From Auanema rhodensis (taxonomy: Eukaryota; Animalia; Nematoda), in NCBI GenBank assembly GCA_964057225.1, contig OZ059899.1:10602001-10666000 (forward strand): a stretch of 64,000 nucleotides of DNA, written 5' to 3'. The position numbers and the translations under genes are program-made. Below are positions 41,678 to 50,947 of the stretch, piece after piece. Numbering within the stretch: position 1 is the first letter of the stretch; every line of letters begins with the position of its first letter. Under the pieces are notes generated by a model that was given only the letters and a program-made list of their open reading frames with translations, was not told the origin of the DNA and made no database searches.

Positions 41678-41696
41678 AATCTCGGTGGAACCTCCA
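41678..41696 (-). promoter_or_regulatory. Primer-binding site complementary to the tRNA-Gln 3' end
   Basis: Minus strand TGGAGGTTCCACCGAGATT directly after the LTR; the plus strand AATCTCGGTGGAACCTCCA equals the conserved 3' end (with CCA) of animal tRNA-Gln as I recall it. Confidence 0.9.
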
Positions 41697-42036
41697 CGTT
41701 CCATATTGGTTCCTAGGGTTCCAGCTAGGTAACCATATGGACTTTAATAGTGTGAATGCCATTGTAAAAGTAACAGAGAGTAGAGAAAAAGAAGTTTATT
41801 CAGAATATGGAAATACAACTATAAAAGCAAAAATACAATAATCAAATAAATGAAACTACATGTTATGAGAAAGCCAACCTAGTTGCTTTCTCAGGGGTTT
41901 ATATGACAAAATATTAATTACAAATATAATTGAATTTATACAAAAAGTAGTTCAGGTCTAGTTTCTTATTGAATTCTATTAACCAAAAGTCGGTTGACGT
42001 TGTCAACCGCCTTCTTTATAAGACACGTATGGAACA
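41697..42036 (-). repeat. Long terminal repeat (340 bp), shared between the two tandem copies
   Basis: Minus strand begins TGTTCCATA and ends TATGGAACG (9-nt terminal inverted repeat, last base not the canonical A). It contains TATAAA (~41898-41903) and AATAAA (~41795-41800) and abuts the PBS. There is no second LTR in the window to confirm the boundaries. Confidence 0.82.
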
Positions 42037-42255
42037 TGCCTTATATTGAAAAAGTAGCTGACCTCAGCTATAAGAAATTAGACCTTTTAAGAAAAAGAAA
42101 CAAAAGAGAAAAATATATATATGAATGAATTAGAATTAGAATACTAGAATAGGAATAATAGTGTAATAGGAATAATATAAAAAAAAATGAAAACAATATA
42201 AAAAGAAAAAGAAAAGAAAAGAAAAGAAAAACTATGAATTCACCTCGTGCAGCTG

Positions 42256-42883
42256 TTATCCTTCTTCCTCCTCGATTTGTCCCAGCTGGAAGTCGGTCAC
42301 GGGTTGCCGGTCGGCGACCGTCCATATGTGGAACAGGCTGACGTCTGTCAGCAGTTCCGTCGCCTGGACTGCTATCATCATTTTCTTTCTTTTCTGGTCC
42401 GGAGTGGTGGCGCGCGTCGCCATTAGTATCCTTAAGGCCTGGCTGATCAGGTCTCCCGCCTTCCTAATCGACTGGTTGGTCGATTCCATCATACTTTCTT
42501 CTGTCCAGCTCTTGTGGATCTCTTCCGCGGCCCATCTTGGGATGAGATCCGCGCTAGCTACATTTTCGGAGGCTGGATAGCCTAGTTCTTCGCGTAGTTT
42601 GTTGATGGTGGCCTTGGTGCGGGTAGTGGCCTCGGACCAGTTTTGCGCCATTTTGGCCATCTCTTCTTCATCATTGTTACATGAACATTGTAACCTTTCC
42701 AGAGTCTTTATTAATAGAGTAACTCTGGCTAAATTCTTCGAAAATGATTCTTATCTTTTTAGTACGGTTGTTTGTTGTCTCCAGTTGTTGTAGTTCTATC
42801 TGGAGCGAATGTATCTTGATCCATTTTTCCTTGATCATCGCAATAGGTGTCTCGCAGGCTGGTGGAGGGAAGACGAGTGCCAT
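42256..42883 (-). pseudogene. Accessory ORF 3' of pol (~200 aa, helical/coiled-coil-like, one frameshift near 42755)
   Basis: MALVFPPPACETP…TTNNRTKK overlaps an open frame ESFSKNLARVTLLIKTLERLQCSCNNDEEEMAKMAQNW…EEEEG*. It is a GC-richer island between AT-rich spacers, inside the element. Confidence 0.55.
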
Positions 42884-43107
42884 TCTTGTGGTGCTGGGAG
42901 TTTTTCTGCTTGAGGTGAATTTCGAGCTTATATAGGGTGAAAAAAATAGGTAAGTATATATTTTGTGATATATAGATATTAAGATTGATGATTGGGGAAA
43001 ACATTGTTTTTGTTGTTTGGGTAGCAGATAGAATGAATTATTGTAAATTAATAAAAAAAAAAAAATTAATGAATAAAGTTATTTTCTCAAAAAGTTTCTA
43101 TTTTTGA

Positions 43108-46100
43108 TTAAATGGTTGTTTTTGCTCCAATCACTGTTGAAGGTCGTTTCTTTCGTACAACTGGTGTTTTTGGTGAGTTGAAATGAGCATCAGGTATCTG
43201 AGAGCGTGTGAGCCTGTTTTTAGACTCTAAGGTGGGTATCACACTGTTGTACCTTATTGGTACGTGAAATGGTTTTGGAGCGGTTATAGGATTTTTGTCT
43301 TCTATTCCAAGTGCCAACTTGAGGGCTGAGCTCCATCTTTTGTTTGTAGGTATCTCTTTACGTTTTTCTTCATAGAGCTCTTTTCTTGTCTCTTCTCCAA
43401 TTTTATCGACAAGTTGTTGAAATAAGTTGTTTTCGTCCTTGTCCGTAGCTGACTTGTCTGTCGTATTCGGTCCGGTTTCTGCTTGGTAATTGTCCTGTTG
43501 TGTTTCCCGCGTAATTTCCTGTGGTGCTCTTGTTTCTTGTGGTGTTATTGAAAGTCGGCTTTGTTCGTAGAATTCGTCCACGATGTCGCTTTCTGAATCA
43601 GAGATTGATGTTGTGGTGGACGTGCTATTTTTAGCGCGCGTATTTTCCGTATCCTGCTGTGAGCCGTCGCTATAAATGGCGGGTGCGGAGTCGTTTCTGT
43701 TGTGCTCGCTTTCTTCGACGTTGTTATCGTCGGGTGGAAAGTATCTTATATTATTCTTGTGAGCTATAATCGTATTCCCTTCGCTATCTGCTAATATTAC
43801 GTTATTTCCTTTTATTTCCTTGATTATATATGGTCCATCGCTTGTTGTTTGTAATTTATTTGCTGGCTTTGCTCGCTTGACGAGTGCTCTATTTTCCACG
43901 AAGATCTCTCTTTCCTGCGTCCTGTGTTTTTCGTCGTATTTCTTCTTCATTCTTTCATTATTCAACTCAATCCTTTCATGAATCTTCTCGTGTAAGTCCG
44001 GGGCGTTCTTGATTGTGGCTCCTGGGGTTTCTAAGTCCTTATCTATTGGTAACCAAGCTGTTTGTCCAAACAGACAATCGTAGGGTGGTGTGCGAGTAGT
44101 AGCGTTTGGTAGTCGATTCATCGTAAAAACAATTTTTGGTAGAATGATATCCCAATTGTCTTGATCGTCATTAACGTAGGAAGTTAATGCTTCTTCCAGT
44201 GTTCTGTGTAGCCGTTCCACTTGACCATTTGCGTTTTTGTAGTATGGCATAGTTGTGTGATGTTCCGATCCAAGATCATCACACATGTTTTTGAATTCCT
44301 TTGAAACAAAATTTGCTCCATTGTCTGTGATGATTTTCTTGGGGGGTCCAAAAACATAGAACAAGTGTGTCTTAATAGCCGCTATTATTTCTTCTGATGT
44401 TTGACGAATGAGCGGTATCGCTATGATCCATTTTGAAAAAGCGTCTTGTATTGATAAAATGTATATTTTATCATTTGCGGTCCGAGGTAGTGGTCCAAGT
44501 ATATCCATGTGAACCCTTTCCCATGGATGGGTTACTGTTGGAAAATTTCTCATTGGCTCAACAGTGGCTTCGTGTGGGTTGTTTTTCCTCTTTGCACAGT
44601 CGAGACATCTGTTGACGTATTGTGTGATGTCGTCCTGTATTCCGGTCCAAGTATACCGCCGCAAAATGGAATCTTGAGTCTTATTGATTCCTAGATGCGC
44701 TCCGAGAATTGGGTCCTTATGAAATTTTTCTATAATTGGTGTTGTGATTGCTGGATCGTTTGGTAGAATGGCTCGCGGAGTTTGTAAAGCTGTTTTGGGC
44801 TTTGCATACAGAGCGTCGTTCACAACGATATATCGATCCATTAGTTGCCTTCCTGCTGTTTTGTTCCGAATTTTTTTTTTTGTTTCCATGATCCATTCTG
44901 TATTGCCTTGAATGGTCCAAAGGTCCGTAATAGTTGAAATAGTCGAGATTTTGTGCGTAGGAGATTCTTTTGGTTTTTTCTTTCTTTCCTTGGCTTCGTT
45001 GACTTCGTCTTCAAAATATCGTGAAAGTGCATCATCAAAGGTACATTTCTTAAGCTTGATTTTTAATCCTAGCTCTGCTGATGCGTTCAGTACTTCGTCG
45101 ATATCTTGTAAATGTTTCGTCGTTGATTCCGATATGAGAAGTAGATCGTCGAGATAGACGAAGAGCTTGCATCGTACGTGTTGTTGTAAATATCGTACAG
45201 CATTTTGGAATGTGTGTGGAGCTCCGCAGAGTCCCATCGGCATTCTGCAGTATTGATAAGTTCCGCTCGTAGTAGTGAATGCGGTGAGGTGTCTATCTTC
45301 TGATCTAAGAGGGATTTGAAAGAATCCAGATACTAGATCAAAGTTACTGAAGATACGCGCTCCGGCTGCTAGGTCCAAGATGTCTTGAATGTTAGATATA
45401 ACGTAGATTTGTTTTTGCGTTATTGCGTTGAGTGCTCGAAAATCAGTCACAAATCTGTACGTTTTATCCTTTTTCTTGACCAATATTACGGGACTGGTAG
45501 TCATAGAAAAAGATGGCTCAATTATTCCTTGTTCTAACATTTCCTCCACTTGTTTTTCTACTTCTTCTTGTTGTGATAGAGGTATTCTGTACGTGATCTT
45601 GAAAGATGGAACTTTTCCTTCGATGATCGGGATGCTATGTTCCACTGGTCCATTGAAAAGTCCAATATTGCGATCCTCGTTTAAGAAAGCTTCCTTGTTT
45701 CTGAGCACTATTTTCTTTAACTGTTGTCTCTCTAGCTGAGTAAAGATGGTGTTTGTTACATCGAGGTCTTTTATAAAGTCCTCTGGGAAGTATGGTAGTT
45801 GATCTTCCCATCTTGCTTCTGGTGGCACATATTGTCCTTTTTGCTCCTCCGTGTTTCTCGGGATAGCGTAAGCTGTTCCAATGCCTTGATTTGTCTGTAC
45901 TACAATTGTGTCTGGAGAGATATTTGTAGCAAATATCTGAACTCCATATCCCGTTGGGGTGAAAGTAGGGGCGAAACTCATTTTTCCTGTCCGCTGTGAG
46001 CTTCTAATGAAAACTTGTTCGTAAGAGGCGGGATCGTCTACTTCCAATGTAAGCGATCTGGTTTCTCCTGGGTAGAACTGTTTAGTTTCCAGGCTTACGA

Positions 46101-46917
46101 CGTGTGCTATCGTGTGGTTTTCAGTCCATGGCGCGTAGTCTTGTGCTAAAGGTACTATTGTGTCTCCAATTAGTAGTGAATTTTGTAGTGGTCGTAAGGA
46201 AGTATTTATTCCTATTTTGTTGAGAGCTTCTATAAAGTCTATTCCTAATAGTATTGGTGCTGGGCAGTGGTTGTTGGCAGAAATCAGTACTTTGTGCTCG
46301 ATTTCTGTCTTCCCGATAATAATTGGGATTCTTGTGTAGCCCAGGAAAGAAAATCGTGATTTGTTTGCTACAATGGCTGTTGTCTTTTCCATAACCATTG
46401 TTGCTGCCGGTAGTTGTTGAAATGTACTTTCCTTCATATATGATATAGAAGCTCCTGTGTCCCATAAAGCAGTAAAGATCTGATTGTGAATGGAGAGAGG
46501 TATGAAAGGTAGTCGTGATCCTCCGATGTAGTTAATCCTTGATTCTTTCATAGCGTACCGTGGTAGATAGGCGAAAAAGTCATTATCTGATAGTGGGGCG
46601 TCGGGGTGGTATCGAGAGGTTCTTGTATATAATTTCTCTTGTTGAGAAGTGACTAGTGGTTTTAATTCGAATTGTTTGTCCTCTCCTCTTGGTTCTTCGT
46701 CTTGTTCGTTGAATGTAATTTGATTGATTGGTATCCTTGTGGTACATGCATATATTTTTAATGCCCAAATGGTAACAGTTATGAGTCCTATTGTGACGAT
46801 GATTGCTCCAATAATAGCTAGTGTCCTTAGTATCCATGCTGTAATTGATTCTCCTATGTATCCAAAGAAATTTGTGATTTGTTTCTCCGCGTTGTTTGAT
46901 ATGTTATCTGCTATCAT
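43108..46917 (-). CDS. pol: Env C-terminus (TM) fused in frame to Pol: aspartic protease, reverse transcriptase, integrase; RT thumb and RNase H deleted
   Basis: TM LAIIGAIIVTIGLITVTIWAL; protease ALWDTGAS; RT SPVILVKKKD…DFRALN…FDLVSGFFQI…MPMGL…YLDDLL; integrase H-x7-H…CLDC, VHMDILGP, ITDNGANF, NGQVER, GPY. KKCTF is joined directly to DDALSR. Confidence 0.95.
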   Translation of the reverse strand: MIADNISNNAEKQITNFFGYIGESITAWILRTLAIIGAIIVTIGLITVTIWALKIYACTTRIPINQITFNEQDEEPRGEDKQFELKPLVTSQQEKLYTRTSRYHPDAPLSDNDFFAYLPRYAMKESRINYIGGSRLPFIPLSIHNQIFTALWDTGASISYMKESTFQQLPAATMVMEKTTAIVANKSRFSFLGYTRIPIIIGKTEIEHKVLISANNHCPAPILLGIDFIEALNKIGINTSLRPLQNSLLIGDTIVPLAQDYAPWTENHTIAHVVSLETKQFYPGETRSLTLEVDDPASYEQVFIRSSQRTGKMSFAPTFTPTGYGVQIFATNISPDTIVVQTNQGIGTAYAIPRNTEEQKGQYVPPEARWEDQLPYFPEDFIKDLDVTNTIFTQLERQQLKKIVLRNKEAFLNEDRNIGLFNGPVEHSIPIIEGKVPSFKITYRIPLSQQEEVEKQVEEMLEQGIIEPSFSMTTSPVILVKKKDKTYRFVTDFRALNAITQKQIYVISNIQDILDLAAGARIFSNFDLVSGFFQIPLRSEDRHLTAFTTTSGTYQYCRMPMGLCGAPHTFQNAVRYLQQHVRCKLFVYLDDLLLISESTTKHLQDIDEVLNASAELGLKIKLKKCTFDDALSRYFEDEVNEAKERKKKPKESPTHKISTISTITDLWTIQGNTEWIMETKKKIRNKTAGRQLMDRYIVVNDALYAKPKTALQTPRAILPNDPAITTPIIEKFHKDPILGAHLGINKTQDSILRRYTWTGIQDDITQYVNRCLDCAKRKNNPHEATVEPMRNFPTVTHPWERVHMDILGPLPRTANDKIYILSIQDAFSKWIIAIPLIRQTSEEIIAAIKTHLFYVFGPPKKIITDNGANFVSKEFKNMCDDLGSEHHTTMPYYKNANGQVERLHRTLEEALTSYVNDDQDNWDIILPKIVFTMNRLPNATTRTPPYDCLFGQTAWLPIDKDLETPGATIKNAPDLHEKIHERIELNNERMKKKYDEKHRTQEREIFVENRALVKRAKPANKLQTTSDGPYIIKEIKGNNVILADSEGNTIIAHKNNIRYFPPDDNNVEESEHNRNDSAPAIYSDGSQQDTENTRAKNSTSTTTSISDSESDIVDEFYEQSRLSITPQETRAPQEITRETQQDNYQAETGPNTTDKSATDKDENNLFQQLVDKIGEETRKELYEEKRKEIPTNKRWSSALKLALGIEDKNPITAPKPFHVPIRYNSVIPTLESKNRLTRSQIPDAHFNSPKTPVVRKKRPSTVIGAKTTI

Positions 46918-48075
46918 TAATGTCGTTCCAACTGTTCCTCCTATAATTCCTATTGGATTCAGATTGGATAGTCCAGAATGTTTGAAGACGCCATTGGAAA
47001 TGTTGACTCCGTGAGGTTTGAAAATATGTTGGAATTGTTAAACTTAATGTGATCAATTTTTACAGATGTGAGTTCATCCGAAAATGAGAAGTTAGTCACA
47101 TTCAATGTTGAATTATCTTTCATCCATTGATTGTTTTCTCTGTAGGGATCTGATGTAGCCATATCGCATGCTATGATGTGGGCAAATGGTGTTAAATCTC
47201 TTGATCCTGGTGTGATGAAGAGTTTTCCGTGATGTTCCGTGTCTACCGGTGTCTCCAGGTAACATTTATCGTCTCGTTTGTGATCCGAGTATACACGTGT
47301 TACTTGTACAGGGGTGCATGGCATGACGTAAATAAGATGTTCTCCAACAAACTTTGCTGAAATATCCTGTCGATGAAGCATAGTGCGAATTCCTATAGTT
47401 GGATTAATCTGCAGGATTGCCCACCAGGTAAGTAGCTGCTTATTTTGCATTCTGCATACGTTTTTCTTTGTTATTTGGAAAGATTGTAAGATTTCCTCTT
47501 CTAGTTTTGACGTAGAGTATTGGAGGTGGGACCTTGTATCTTGTTGGCGTAGTTGATCGTCGTATTTTTGAATGATATCTGCTCGTGTTCGTAGGAAATT
47601 GAGGTGTGCTTGTGATCCAGTGTGAGATTTGATTTCCTCAATCGGTTGGGTCGTTGTTGCTCGCTTTGTAGTAGTCCGAGTTGTTGGAAGTGTCCTAGTA
47701 GATTCCCTGCGGGATGTGGTGGTGAGAGGACGTGGTGGTGGAGTTACTGGTGTTGTTGTACTCTGGTAATAATAATATCTCCTTGGTGTAGTTGTAGGTT
47801 GAGGTGGAGACGTCCGATGAGTAGTAGTTGTCGGGGCAGTTGATGTGGTAGTCGATGTAGTGGTTGTGGTGGTTGTAGTAGTGGTTTTTGTATGCATAGT
47901 CTGAGCAGGTGGTTGGGCGAGGTGGTTCGAGGAAAATACCTCCTCGTTTGCCAATGCAGAGTTGATAGTTGTCTGCCTGGCAAGGTATCATAGATAGGGC
48001 GATGACGGATAAGAATAGCGGTATGAACGGAAGTGTCTTCTTTGTTTTGACTGTTTCCTTTTCTACTTTGTTAAC
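46918..48075 (-). pseudogene. env: env-like class III fusion glycoprotein (copy A): internal signal peptide, N-terminal Cys motif, Thr-rich linker, gB-like domain III/IV; two frameshifting deletions
   Basis: In frame with gag: …SVRFHVNKVEKETVKTKKTLPFIPLFLSVIALSMIPCQA-DNYQLCIGKRGGIFLEPPRPTTCSD. The frame changes at ~47885, and there is a 67-bp deletion at 46989/46990 relative to copy B (37986-38052). Confidence 0.82.
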
Positions 48076-49311
48076 GTGAAAACGGACGCTGGGGCTTCTT
48101 GTGCGATCTCTGTGCCTGTTATGTGGTCCATATGAAGTGCTGCGATTTCGTTGTTGAAATCCGCGATCAGGACAGTTTCCGCGGTTGTATCGGTCGTTTC
48201 CTCTGTGCTCCTGCCAATCATTCCTTCTGCTATCATATCAATCGTTTCCTCTGCTGTTGTATCGATCATTGTATCTATCGTACCGTTGGGGGCTACGATA
48301 ATTGTTGTGTCCTCGTTGATATCCATTGTTTCTGTTATCCTGTCTGAAGTTGTGACGGTTATTTTGTCGATCCTCTTGGTATCTTGGTGAGCGGTATCCT
48401 CCTCTTCTTTGATTCCATTGCTCTTGTGGGTGTTGTGGTCTTGATTGATTTCCATAGAATGTTCTGGATTGGTGTGTTTGTGGTCCGTCATAGATTTTTT
48501 CCTGTTGTGATGCTCTCATGTGGTTTATGAGACCGTTTTTAATCTCTAGTTGTTCCACGTCTTTAATCAAGTTGTTGACCAAGAGCGAAGGATCCTCGTC
48601 AGCTTCCACAGTTTCGGCAATAGTCACGGCTGCATCAAATGTGATAGGGCTGCGGTTATTGACATGTGTTCTTAAATTCTTTCGTAGTCCTCCTAAGAAT
48701 GAAACTCGTAGTATTTTTTCATCGGCTGTCGAGTCCATGTTGCATGATTCGTAGGCAAGGTTTCTGCAGCGTTGAGCGAAATTTTGTACCGTTTCGTGCT
48801 CTCCTTGTTTCAAATGAGTGAGTTTTGTGAATGCTGCATCTCTCTTTTCTGGAAGTTGTAATTTCTCCGATAGTATGCGTTTGACGTGGTTCCATCCCTG
48901 GCGTAAGTCTTCTGCTGGTATAGTTCGAAGAGCTTCAGCGGCTCTATCCGTTCCGAGAAGTAGATAGAGATGGGAAAGTCTCTCGGCAATAGGGACTTGA
49001 AGGGCATCGAAATATCCTTCTAGTCTTTGCATGTAGAGGTTGAATGGAACCGATCCATCATAAAGCGTAGGTTTGTGATGGCGAATAGAAACGTTGTGGG
49101 CTCTTGCAATAGGAGAGTTGTCTTGCTCCATCTGCTCTGCCATTTGAGGGCGACTTCTCTGCTCTGTAACATTCGAAGTCAAATTTACGTTATTGTCTGA
49201 CGAAGAAGAGACAGGAGACAGAGAGTGCCCGTGCAAAGATTGATCAGTGGAAGAGGGAGAGTTTCTAGGAATAGGAGAGGTGAGGATTTCCGCATTTGCG
49301 GTTTGAACAAG
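48076..49311 (-). pseudogene. gag: Gag (copy A), 5'-truncated, premature stop at 48238 (CGA>TGA)
   Basis: Near-identical to 38952-40187; homology ends at …gtttgaacaag|actaagata (49311). Confidence 0.88.
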
Positions 49312-49348
49312 ACTAAGATATATAAACTTTATACTATTTTGAAAAACT

Positions 49349-50403
49349 ATGAGTAAGTTTTTAAAACGTTTTAATGAGCCAATGTAAGCTATGAGTTTTC
49401 TCTAAATATTAATGTATCATTATTAGTGACACCGAAGAAATTTTTGATAAAGTACCTCGGATCGATGAGTTTAAGAAGGGTGAATACTTTTTTTTCTTGA
49501 ATAAAAATAAGGTTATAAATTGTGATGATTTGTCTTACGATCCGTATAAACCTTGGACAGGAGAGGGTATTTACTTCAATGATATAATTGTTTTGTCGAC
49601 TTTGTTCATTTCAGATGAGCGTGGTGTTCGTGTTACCGCAAAAAGTACTAACTATTATTTAGTTTTTGTGAATGGCGAGTGGGTGCTTGATAAAACATCA
49701 AAATGTTTCCAAATGAAAGTTATGAAATATGCTCATGCTAGAGCTCCGGGTTTCAGAAGAGAAGTGTTTTATTATTTTTCAATGAATATATTATCGTTTC
49801 CAACTAAGATTGCTTTCGTCTCTGATATGAACAAGAATCTTCTCTCTCACGTATTATTCGTGTATATAGCTGAGGTTAGTTATCTACAGGTACTTAATGA
49901 TGACATTGAATAAAAACCATTTAGAAAGATTTGCAAGCTCCTGAAGAACTATCAAATCGAATTTTACCTTCATCTTCTAAGGCCGTGAAATTGGCACTAC
50001 ATTACAGATCATCTTCGGAAGCTAAAAAACTACTAGCTTCAAATGGAGTTTCCGTCACTTCCGCAAAGGTAAACATTTTTTATCAAAAAAAAAAAAATAT
50101 ATATATATATATCCCATGGCTTAAATTATTGCATTCATCTTCAATGGAAACTAATATTTGTAATCTTTCAGATTTCTAGTTTATCTCGCTCAGTAGAAAC
50201 TCATGTTAAAAGTAATATAGGAAGAAAACCTCCATCTAATTATTATAAGATAATGGACAGATATTTGCTTAAACATCATCTAGAAGAAAGACTAGAAAAA
50301 CCCTATATAGAGGTCAATGGTAAGTTTTTATTTTTTTTTGTTTTGTGATGTCTATTCCAGAAAGTGGAAAAATAGTGCTACGTATTTTGATGGGATATCC
50401 ATC
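49349..50403 (+). pseudogene. Spliced gene fragment of unknown function (possibly the N-terminus of a DNA-transposon protein), interrupted at its 3' end
   Basis: ATG at 49349 and successive open exons (…DLSYDPYKPW…YAHARAPGFRREVFYY…VLFVYIAE / KDLQAPEELSNRILP… / ISSLSRSVETH…) separated by GT…AG introns. Confidence 0.5.
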
Positions 50404-50443
50404 AGTAGAGAGCCATGCCGAATTTACTAACCACGCCCCCAAA

Positions 50444-50579
50444 CAGTTGCTAAAAACATACTTTTGAGGGCGTCAGCTGCTAAAAACATACTTTTGGGAG
50501 CGTCAGCTGTCAAAATCATATTTTCGGCGTCAGCTGTCAAAAATATACTTTTCCTCCCGAGGCAGGCTCTCGAGCCTGC
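50444..50579. repeat. Four ~27-30-bp direct repeats plus a GC hairpin (putative subterminal/TIR repeats)
   Basis: CAG(T/C)TG-ctaaaaacatacttttg…gcgt x4, then GCAGGCTC-tc-GAGCCTGC (50562-50579). Confidence 0.75.
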
Positions 50580-50947
50580 GCATGGATCAAAATGCATGAT
50601 TTTTTTTTAAAATCATTTTTAAAATTATTTTTTAATGTATTTTTAAATGAATTTTTATTATTTATATATTTGTTAATTGTATTTGTAAATATTTTTAAAA
50701 TTGTTTCTTTTTAAATATATTTTTAATATTTATATATGTTTTAAATATTATTATTTAATTATTTCTTTTTAAATATATTTTATATATTTTTAAAATATTA
50801 TTAAAATTATCTCCTTTTAAATGTATTTTTAATATTTATACATTTGAATAAACTTTTTAATATATATTGTTTTTGTTTTAATTTATAAAATTTGAATATA
50901 TATAAAAGCTAATTAATATGTTCACCGTACCTCTTATGGGTTAATCA

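Larger units (their letters stand above)
37811..49311 (-). mobile_element. Two tandem, truncated copies of a Ty3/gypsy (Metaviridae-like) LTR retroelement with gB-like env, sharing one LTR
   Basis: 37811-40187 is near-identical, apart from indels, to ~46814-49311. Gag, PR, RT and IN motifs are in gypsy order, with a single LTR plus PBS between the copies. Both outer ends are mid-ORF truncations. Confidence 0.93.

Noticed and set aside
49300-49312. TTGAACAAG(GC) at the copy A truncation resembles the satellite sequence just before the tRNA
   Set aside because: It is only a 9-11 nt match and the sequence beyond the break is not satellite; probably chance.
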